Below the pieces are notes generated by a model, which saw only the letters and a list, made by a program, of their open reading frames with translations, was not told the DNA's origin and ran no database searches. From contig NIVC01001543.1 in assembly GCA_002269645.1 (NCBI GenBank), positions 1 through 49,012 on the forward strand: a stretch of DNA of 49,012 nucleotides, read 5' to 3'. Position 1 is the stretch's first letter. The number at the start of each line of letters is the position of its first letter. The DNA comes from Macrostomum lignano. Its lineage: Eukaryota. The position numbers were made by a program, and so were the translations under genes. Positions 34,601 to 44,015 of the stretch are shown piece after piece.

Positions 34601-35589
34601 TGAGCTCCCAGCGCAGCCTGGCCAGAGTGCACTCGTGCTCGGACAGTTCGTCCGGATTGACGCCAGATTCGCGAGCGAATTGATGCAATGGCGCCAGGGT
34701 GATTGTCTCGTGGCGAGAGCGAAAGTCCTTGAAAGAGTGGTGAAAAATGGAGAATTTTTTGAGTAAGAAAAAGATTCCGACAAAAACGCTAATACTACTA
34801 CTTAAAACTACTGAAAAGGAAAATTGCGCAATTTTTTTATTAGTTTAAATAATTTTTATCACAAAACGCTTTTTATACTACTCAAGCCTACTATACAAAA
34901 AATGGCCATATTATCACCGTTTTTTTGTTATTTTAAAAAACAAATGCTAAATACGAATTTACCTACTATAACTATCAACTAACCTGACATCTGGTGATTT
35001 CCCTTTGCAAATGCCGACATTCGTACAATAAATTCTGCAATTGCAAATGTCGCGAATCGGCTTCGAGTTTAGAACTGGCCGTCAGCTCGCGGGCTCGTTT
35101 CAATCGGAACTGGGCCTCGCGATTCAGCCGCTTCATAACCATCAGATCCGTCATGCAGCCGGTGCGCAGGGCTTCCAGACGGCTTTGATCAGCTGACTCC
35201 ATGGCAGACTTCGCTTTCAACTGAGCCACCTCAGACAGGCGGGCTAGCAGGGTGTTTTTCACAGCCATGAAAGCTACAAGCGGGCTGCTGTCTCTGTCAG
35301 CTGCGTCAGTGCAATCGTTATCTGCGCTGCCGATACCAGCGCTGCCTTCCTCTTCAAAGAAGAATGCTTTTCTAATTGGATCGATGCTAACTGCAGGCTT
35401 GGCTGTGCTAGGCGTTGGTTCCTCAGTTACTGTCACCTTAGCTGCAGGAGCATCGGGCTGAGTTGCAGCTGCTGCACTACTACTACTAGCATTACTACTA
35501 GCAGTAGTTGACTGTGCAGCTGATTTGCGAGAGATCTTTCGCTTGACTGTGCCAGCTGCTGCGGCCGAGGCGTCCGTTTTGGTTGGCAT
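31635..35589 (-). CDS. THOC5: THO complex subunit 5 (FMIP), 4 exons (35589-34984, 34727-34281, 33588-32859, 32263-31635), about 803 aa
   Basis: Matches THOC5 landmarks: MKRLNREAQ...[70 protein letters not shown]...LQFYYL, LLDCLYPGDD, LAYGWAQRLAG, VESEINV, LPVQLHRL. Intron 3 has a CTAAC branch point and ctcccag; phases 0,0,1 are consistent. Confidence 0.93.
32385..32830. repeat. 47-bp minisatellite containing TTTTCGATACATATCGGCA in THOC5 intron 3
   Basis: Unit TATTAAAAACACAATTTTCGATACATATCGGCAATGTAGTCCGCCTA, about 9 copies. Confidence 0.92.
33640..34245. repeat. Dispersed and 39-bp tandem copies of TCGATACATATCGGCA in THOC5 intron 2
   Basis: Core array 33960-34150 (CGATACATATCGGCACCATCGACGATGATATTAAACCCT) plus isolated copies of the motif. 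Confidence 0.88.
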
Positions 35590-35619
35590 GGCAACCTGAA
35601 TTTTGCAGCAATGTTTTCC

Positions 35620-36795
35620 CCAAAGATTATCTGAGTGTCTGGAGCGATTTTTAATAGGAGATTATCTGAGTGTTGGGGGCGATTTTTAATGGAGATTATC
35701 TCAGTGTTTAGGGGATTTTAAATGAGATTGAGTGTCTGGGGCGATTTTTAATGGGAGATTATCTGAGTGTCTGGGACGATTTTTAATGGGAGATTATCCG
35801 AGTGTCTCGGGCGATTTTGGATGGGAGATTATCCGAGTGTCTGGGGCGATTTTGGATGGGAGATTATCTGAGTGTTTAGGGCGTTTTTTAATGAGAGATT
35901 GTCTGAGTGTTTGGGATTTTAAATGAGATTGAGTGTCTGGGGCGATTTTTAATGGGGATTATCTGAGTGTCTGGCGGATTTTGGATGGGAGATTATCTGA
36001 GTGTCTGGCGGATTTTGGATGGGAGATTATCTGAGTGTCTGGGGCGATTTTAGATGGGAGATTATCTGAGTGTATGGGTGCATTTTAAATGGGAGATTAT
36101 CTGAGTGTCTGGCGGATTTTTAATGGGAGATTATCTGAGTGTCTGGCGGATTTTTAATGGGAGATTATCTGAGTGTCTGGGGCGACTTTGATGGGAGATT
36201 ATCTGAGTGTCTAGGGCGATTTTTAATGGGAGATTATCTGAGTGTCTGGCGGATTTTGGATGGGAGATTATCTGAGTGTCTGGCAGATTTTGGATGGGAG
36301 ATTATCTGAGTGTCTGGGCGATTTTAGATGGGAGATTATCTGAGTGTCTGGGTGGATTTTAAATGAGATTATCTGAGTGTCTAGGGCGACTTTGATGGGA
36401 GATTATCTGAGTGTCTGGCGGATTTTGGATGGGAGATTATCTGAGTGTCTGGCGGATTTTGGATGGGAGATTATCTGAGTGTCTGGCAGATTTTGGATGG
36501 GAGATTATCTGAGTGTCTGGCGGATTTTGGATGGGAGATTATCTGAGTGTCTGGCAGATTTTGGATGGGAGATTATCTGAGTGTCTGGCGGATTTTGGAT
36601 GGGAGATTATCTGAGTGTCTGGCAGATTTTGGATGGGAGATTATCTGAGTGTCTGGGGCAATTTTAGATGGGGGATTATCTGAGTGTCTGGGTGGATTTT
36701 AAATGAGATTATCTGAGTGTCTGGGGTGATTTTAGATTGGAGATTATCTGAGTGTCAGGGCAATTTTGGATAGGAGATTATCTGAGTGTCTAATC
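35620..36795. repeat. 34-35-bp minisatellite (GGGAGATTATCTGAGTGTCTGGCGGATTTTGGAT) between SCP2 and THOC5
   Basis: Period 34 (36421, 36455). Confidence 0.95.
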
Positions 36796-37209
36796 CGAAT
36801 TTAGATGCTCAACAGTAGATTATGTTTGCATTTAGGATATTAATAGGGAACCTACAAAAATACACCAAGCCCACACAGGAAACATACGGACATCAATCAA
36901 TAGTAAAATCATTTAAAATCAATCATATTTATTTCAAAACAGAAGTTGCCTTGACCTTAAATAAGCAAAATGAATACGAGTGTACAATACTGACTGCACT
37001 GAAAATTGAAAATTAATTTAAACACGAGACAGTTTGTGTAAAAAACTTGTAAAATCAAAATTAAAAAAAGCGGGAAAATCTCTTGAAAGGGTCGTGAGTA
37101 GTTTAAAGACTAAACTTATTGCTATGATTATGCGCACTAAGGATCAGTTCTAGATTGAAACACCTAGCCACCTGGCAGTCAATATCAGGATGGACAAAAG
37201 CTTTAAAGC

Positions 37210-38164
37210 TCAGAGCTTTCCAGAGAATTTCGTCTGAAACTCCTTGAGGCGCATGCCCAGCCCCATGTTGCCTTGCAGTTTTAATCGGCCAGTGAAGAAG
37301 GCCTGCTGGGGGTTGAGCCTGCCGCTCATGAGCTGCAGCAGGTCCACGTCGCTGATGGTGAGGGTCACGTCTGGCTTGCCTGCGGGACAGGTTTCACCTT
37401 CATTTGTTACCTAGTATTGTGAAGCAGTATGGATCTGCGCCGGTCACTGGACCCAGGAGATCTGAGAGGCTGGTGGCTCAGCAACTGACACTCTGGAAGG
37501 CTGCCCAAGCAACTGGGAATCTGGGAGGGTGGCCCAGCAACTGAGGATCTGGAAGGCTGCCCAAGCAACTGGGAATCTGGGAGGGTGGCCCAGCAACTGA
37601 GGATCTGGGAGGCTAGCCCAGAAGCTGAGAATCTGAGAGGCTGGCCCAGCAACTGAGGATCTGGGAGGCTAGCCCAGAAGCTGAGAATCTGAGAGGCTGG
37701 CCCAGCAACTGAGGATCTGGGAGGCTGGCCTAGCAATAAAAGAGAATCTGAGAGGCTGGCCCAGCAACTGAGGATCTGGAGGGGGGGGGGGGTGGCCCAG
37801 CAATAAAGTAGAATCCAATGTACTCACCTTTCCCACCAAACTCCACAGAGCCGGTGCCAGTTTTGCAGTCAACAATCCAAAGTCCTTCAGCGCCATCCCT
37901 GCCCCCAGTAACCTTGAAGGCGAAGACGCCCTTGATTCGGTTCACAAGTTCTTTGCCCTCTTCGGCTAGGCCAGCGCGAATGGCTTCGAATACCTTGGCA
38001 CTCTGAGGAAGGCAATTGAAGTACAATAAAGATATTAGTACGCCCACTAGGCCTCAGATATGCTACTAGTTAAAGAAAATGCCAACCTGAAACACTCCAT
38101 CAGGCGGTGCAGTTGCTGTCAGGACTAAAGACGAATTGCTTTTTCTGGTAGCAGACTGTGACAT
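37210..38164 (-). CDS. SCP2: Stand-alone sterol carrier protein 2 domain protein, 3 exons (38164-38087, 38002-37828, 37379-37210), 140 aa
   Basis: GVFQSAKVFEAIRAGLAEEGKELVNRIKGVFAFKV...LWIVDCKTGTGSV...DVTLTISDVDLLQLMSGRLNPQQAFFTGRLKLQGNMGLGMRL matches the SCP2 fold signature. Ends in GKL. Intron phases 0 and 1 are consistent. Confidence 0.92.
37445..37805. repeat. 28-29-bp minisatellite (GGCTGGCCCAGCAACTGAGGATCTGGGA) in SCP2 intron 2
   Basis: Period 28 with alternating variants. Confidence 0.92.
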
Positions 38165-39495
38165 GATTTTGACTATCTGAAATTGATAACATCGAGTAAA
38201 TTAAATTTAATTAAACTCACACGCCAAAGAGGGACATTGATAAATAAGTTGTAAATAAACTGCTCTGTTTTTTTTATAAATATTGCTTTCTGTCTAAATC
38301 AATAGAACCAAATAGCATTTTATAGAAAGTTCAATTATTTAGCAATATAAAAAAACATTATATAATATAGTTAGATAGAATTGTTAATCGTTGAAACTTA
38401 TAAGACAAAAGTATCAAAATAATAAAATTATTTTAAAATTTATGTTAAAGTTTCCACTTAAAAACTAGTGGTCAACTTTTCTTAGATCTTAGACCCAATG
38501 CAATTCACACTATATCTGCAAGCATATATGGGCTAATTTTGCAATCAAGTTGATATGAAGAAAAATAAACTGATATTATTGTATTGTCAATGATAATATT
38601 AGGAATTAATTAATTAATTAATTCTTTCATTATTCAACTGATGAATAATCTAGAAGTTGGCCATTAGCTTTGCCTTTGGGGTAAAAACTTTAACATGTTG
38701 CTAAGTATATATAATCACCTTTCTAAACAAAAATTAAAACAAAAGCTTTATTTTTTATATTCTATATTAACTGATTTTTTGTTTTAAAGTTTTACAATAT
38801 TAAACTATTATGTTTTTAAATAAAAAGTTCTCATTTTTACATACTACTAGGCCCTAACAGATTTTTCAACTAACCATTAAGGATTGAAAGCTGATTTGAA
38901 GCTTGAACCAGTCAAGACAAGTTGTTTTCTCTTCATGCAAATTGTGTCTATTTATATTTTTTTTAACTATTTAGAACAAAAATTAAATTGGGAAAATATT
39001 TTGGGAAATACAAATAGTTAAACAAAAAGTTTTCTTAGATTTGCCTAGATTTGAAATGCATTAAAGTTCTGTAATTTTGTGTTAAATAAATGTGGCAGGC
39101 AGCTACCCCTTCAGTAATTTCAGTTAATAAATTTTGACAATAAATTTTTATTATAATTTTAATTTTTGCTCACATTTACGTGAACATTTTTCTGGAACTG
39201 CTCTCCCTTGCTGGATAACATTTCGCTACTTTTCCCGTCCTATAATAGGATTGCCATTCTCCCCTTGTGTAATAGCTATTTTCCCGTTGCTGATTATTCT
39301 TTGTATCCCCTTCAACCCTATGCTTTTTGCTAATTTTACAGCAACTGGTCCTTATGCGTGCTTCGATTTTTCCTCTAATGGACCAGCCCATACATGCGCA
39401 ACCCCCCTGATTTACACTGGCCATGCGACTTACTTTTTGACCAAAAATGCGACTTACCTGTGAAAGAAACCCTAGAGCAACATTAACGCAATTTT

Positions 39496-39559
39496 GGGTA
39501 AACGGCAGGAGTAACTATGACTCTCTTATAAGGGCTAAATGCCTCATCATCTAATTAGT
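39496..39559 (+). pseudogene. Orphan 64-bp 28S rRNA gene fragment spanning the R2/I-PpoI target site
   Basis: GGGTAAACGGCAGGAGTAACTATGACTCTCTTATAAGGGCTAAATGCCTCATCATCTAATTAGT versus the conserved eukaryotic 28S GGGTAAACGGCGGGAGTAACTATGACTCTCTTAAGGTAGCCAAATGCCTCGTCATCTAATTAGT (recalled consensus). No other rDNA in the flanks. Confidence 0.85.
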
Positions 39560-39862
39560 ACTACGTCTGTATTCTTTGGGATGGGCATTTTTGCGACTTA
39601 CCCCTGGTCCAACACAATTTAGTGGCCAGATCGGCCAGGTCAGCCAGCAGTTGTGCATGTATGGACCAGCCAATGTAGCATTTTAATACAATATATATAG
39701 ATGCTCATTTTGAGTGTTTTGTCAACCCCCTTTCCTTCCCTCGCTCACTTTCTCTCTTTTCTTATAGTACTGCTTTATTTGAAACCTTTAGTGTCTATTA
39801 ATTTTTCATTTTAATTAGCCATTAGCATCACAGCCTGCCGAGACATCTCAACATAGTCAATA

Positions 39863-42492
39863 CACAGGTAGGAGGAATTCAAGTTAAATGCAAAAAAATT
39901 GCCCATAATCGGTTTTTTGCTCATGGGATAGAATTTGTACCCCTGATTCTAAAATGACCTCCCATGAAATCCTAACTGATTGGGTTCGCGAGATATGCTC
40001 ATAATTAAGTTTTTACCATAGAGATGAGGCAGTCCAACAAGCAAAACTCGCCATTCAAGGATAAGTTGAATGTATTTTGTCCAAAACAGTTCTCACCACT
40101 GTGTATTCAATTTGTATTGAGTGCATGTATGTTTAATCATCCTTTTTGTAGGGTAAAACAAAACAAAAAACTCAAGGCAACTTTGTTAAGTGTGCGATGT
40201 TACAACTGATGCTATGCTGTACATTCTTAGCGTAAAGAATTGGCCTCTTCTATATAAATAAGTTTGATTCTCTAAATTAGAGAAGATAACAAGTATTGTA
40301 CAGTCTTCTAAGTCTATTTACCATCACGATCATGAAATATGCAATAAAATCACCTGACGTATAATCGATAAAAATATGTACATTCAACCCGCCACCATTA
40401 AACGGCAAAAGGCAAAATTTCGCTTGTGATCACTCACACAATTTGCACATTATTTTTTATCGATCCCTTTATACCTAAATCATGAGCAGTTGCTCAATTT
40501 ATGGTGATGTAAATGAGTACTTAGAGCATTTTAGAATATTTTGTTTCAATTGATCAACTGTCCAAACAAATTTCTTGTTTTTACTCATCAACTACAATGC
40601 CAAAGAAAAGAAACCACGAAGAAAATCTCCAGGCACTGTGTGCCATGTGTCTTCGAAGAGCGCATCGCCCTTTGACGGAGCATCAGATTGAACTAATTCA
40701 ATCTACAGTGTACGAAGGCTTCAAGGTAGAACGACAATATCTTCCATCTGGCATATGTGACGGCTGCAGAAGGAAGCTTTCGTCTTTGTCTTGCCCAGAT
40801 TCGCGACCTATTCCAGTCCTACTGGCGTATGACCAGATAGTTACCGACCTTCAGTCTCTGCCGCCTGCAACTCGTGGCAATCCTGACTGCAACTGTGAGC
40901 TGTGTAGCTTGGCCAGCTCACACAGGAGCAGCAGTGCAGTGCCAGACACCAAATACTCTGCTCGCATTGCATGTCACAGATCGGACCCGGCCTGGAGCAT
41001 CGCTGCAATAAAACAACCAAATTAAAGAATTTGCGAGACAAAATATCTCCTCTTACCAAGCACCAGCTGGCTAGCTCAGTCATCAAGGAGTGTAATGAGG
41101 CTGCAGCAGGTGGTATTGTACTAAGTCAAACTGCTGGTAAACCTCTTCGAGTCAAGGTAGCCTCTAGCTCAGCCGCTGAACCTATAACAAGTGTTTCTAG
41201 GAAAGGACATATAAGCCACGAAACAATTTCGGCTTTGAAAGTCGGGCTTAGTTTAAGCAGCAAGCAGACTCTAAAGCTGGCCAGCATTCTTAGGTTAGGT
41301 GCAGGCCGGCATGTGATCGAGCCTAACCTTCGTGAAGAGCTGCAGAAGAGAGGCCGCTGCCTAACAAGCTTCTTCACGTTAGTTCAGCTGCCATTCATAC
41401 ATTCATCTGGACAGACTCAGGAGGTTTTGGGACCAAGGCCAGCCGTGATCTGCTCCAATCTTCAAGGTTTGCTAAATCATATTTGCACCGAGCGTGGCAT
41501 CGAGAACAGCTTTGTCAAGATTGGAATTGATGGTGGAGGAGGCTCTCTGAAAGTTGTGCTGACTGTGACCGGTGAGTCTGAGCCTGCAGCATCGCCAGTA
41601 AAGAAGTTAGCCTGCAGCCGCCAGTTTCTCAACTCTGGTGTTACTAGCTGATGAACTGACGAGCATCCTGCCTGAGCAGCTGAAGCAGTTTGGTGAAGCC
41701 CTTCAATGCTTCCATGAAGTGGTACACGCTTGCTTTGGGGAGAAGCTACAGCCTGAATATGAACAGCTGATTCAGCAGTTTCGAGAGTCCTACTGCAAGC
41801 TACCTATTAGAGTGACACCAAAAGTACACTGCGTGTTCGTCCATGTGGTCGAGTTTTGCAGACTGCATGGCAAAGGCCTGGGCACATTTTCTGAGCAGGC
41901 TGGTGAAAGTGCTCACCATGATTTCAGTAAAGTATGGCAAAACTTTAAGCGCCAGAGTGGTGACCCAGCGATGGGACAACAGCTTCTACAGGCCACGGTA
42001 CAATATAATAGCTGTCATTTGTAATTGCTTGTAAAACTAAAAATGCTCAATGACAATCTATTTGAATTTACAGCTCAATATCTATTGCATTACAGTTTTC
42101 TGTTTTGGTTTAGACTTAGAAAGATTAGCCATTATCTTAAAAATTCTATAGGTAAATAATGATAATAATTATTAATTTGCTGATTCACTGTTTAAATTAA
42201 AATATATATTTTGTAATAATGCCTGAACTATTGCACACTACAAATTGAATTCACAGTGGTGAGAACTGTTTTGGACAAAATACATTCAACTTATCCTTGA
42301 ATGGCGAGTTTTGCTTGTTGTACTGCCTCATATCTATGGTAAAAACTTAATTATGAGCATATCTCGCGAACCCAATCAGTTAGGATTTCATGGGAGGTCA
42401 TTTTAGAATCAGGGGTACAAATTCTATCCCATGAACAAAAAACCGATTATGGGCAATTTTTTTGCATTTAACTTGAATTCCTCCTACCTGTG
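39863..42492 (+). mobile_element. Chapaev (CMC) DNA transposon, internally deleted, non-autonomous
   Basis: ~254-bp TIRs (39863-40116 and 42239-42492) with CAC...GTG termini and a 4-bp TSD AATA on both sides. Contains transposase remnants. Confidence 0.88.
40597..42024 (+). pseudogene. Chapaev transposase remnant (frameshift near 40920-40960, internal deletion near 41642)
   Basis: N-terminal Cys-rich domain HEENLQALCAMC...PSGICDGC...CNCELC, then CSHCMSQIGPGLEHRC, first catalytic motif KIGIDGGGGSLKV, and C-terminal TPKVHCVFVH...GLGTFSEQAGESAHHDF. The segment after FLNSGV jumps to a different frame and is too short to hold the central catalytic core. Confidence 0.82.
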
Positions 42493-43318
42493 AATAATAA
42501 TACCAATTTCACCTGCTTATCCAGTATACCAATATATATTGCCTAAGAAATCAATAAACATTAATACCATATTTATCTGTTGATGTTGAGCCATAGCCTA
42601 TCTTGAGTTATTTGCCTATAGGGCATAAAACAACCAAGTTTCTTAGCTCAAAGAAAGCTTGGAGACTCATTTCATTCTGTAATACATAAATTACGGTGGT
42701 GGCAGCTCTACCCTACTGAAAGTAACAAGCTCAGCAAATGACAAATTAATTATGGTGTCAGAATCTATGGTGTCGTATTATTTGAATGACCGTACCACTA
42801 CATGACCGCTCCATTACAATTACAACTACCCTCCCCCTAGAACTTTAGGACCCTGGCAGCCAGAGTAAAATAGGAGAAAGAAGTTTGTTGTGATTTGTCT
42901 GTGCAATTTTCTAGATTATTTGTGCAAATGCAATACTGGCTAGAATTCAAATGGAATTTGCCCATCTCACTGGTGTCAATAAACCTACCAACTTCCAAGA
43001 GAACTTTCCTCTACCCCCATCTCATACAGAATAAAAAGAGGTCTTCCATATATAATACAACCTTAAAAATATTTAAATTGGCAAAAATAATTTAAATATA
43101 GGGGGAGGCTAGGCCTAACACAAATATAAATATCAAGACATTAATAATTTAATTTCATTAAAAATATAGGCCATTTTTTTGGTCAAAGTCATCATATTTA
43201 AATGTTTAGTTTAGTCTTATTATATAGGCCTAGCACTTTTCTATAGATTTGGTCAAATCATTGATCATGATATTGTTATACAATTATTTTGAATGACAAC
43301 TTTGAATATATTCATTTT

Positions 43319-44015
43319 GGCAATCTTCAAGTTTCGTTTGTTAATTTATTTTTTCAATGATTTCTAAACTATCTTGCCCTGAGATGATTATTTTCGAGTT
43401 CCCCAGTGTACCCAGCCCTTTCCTAGCTGAGAAAGTAGCAGCTTTGTTAATATTAACCTCTAACGTACCATAAAGCCAGAAATATAAGATGCAAACAAGC
43501 AAAGCTAACATGTAATGCTAAGTACAAACAGATAGAAATAGTAATACAGTGGGGTACAACAGGGGCAGTAGTAGCAGTCCAGTTCAGTAGCAACAGTTTA
43601 GCACATAGAACTCAATGCTTAGACATTATAGTAATGTGCGATCCAATATACGATGTTCCCAAATGGATTGACAGGGTGCAGACGGCGCCATATGAACTCG
43701 TCCAGGTGGGTTTCAAACAGGGCCTGTGATGTACTGTGCATTGCCCTTAGCTTGGCCTTGCAATGTGCCCAGGTGCTAAAATGCCATGTCAGTGAAAGCC
43801 ATGTCATCATTATGTTACTGTAATATGGGCCATAGACATTCCTTTGCCTACCGACGGCTTTACAGTATATTAGATATATAATGTTAACAAAGCTGCTACT
43901 TTCTCAGCTAGGAAAGGGCTGGGTATACTGGGGAACTCGAAAATAATCATCTCAGAGCAAGATAGTTCAGAAATCATTGAAAAAATAATTTAACGAACGA
44001 AACTTGAAGATTGCC
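43319..44015 (-). mobile_element. Merlin (IS1595-like) non-autonomous element
   Basis: 137-bp TIRs (43319-43455 and 43879-44015), GGC...GCC ends, 8-bp TSD TTCATTTT. Internal remnant WAHCKAKLRAMHSTSQALFETHLDEFIWRR...PFGNIVYWIAHYY resembles the ISXO2/Merlin transposase C-terminus. Confidence 0.85.

Noticed and set aside
39496-39559. R2 element or group I intron insertion at the 28S site
   Set aside because: Both halves of the target are contiguous, with no inserted element or homing endonuclease ORF nearby.
39134-39680. ORFs 39134-39463 (+) and 39176-39424 (-), and the thrice-repeated GTAAGTCGC motif
   Set aside because: No recognisable domains and AT-rich codons. The motif may be a DNA-transposon end remnant, but no TIR pair or TSD could be defined.
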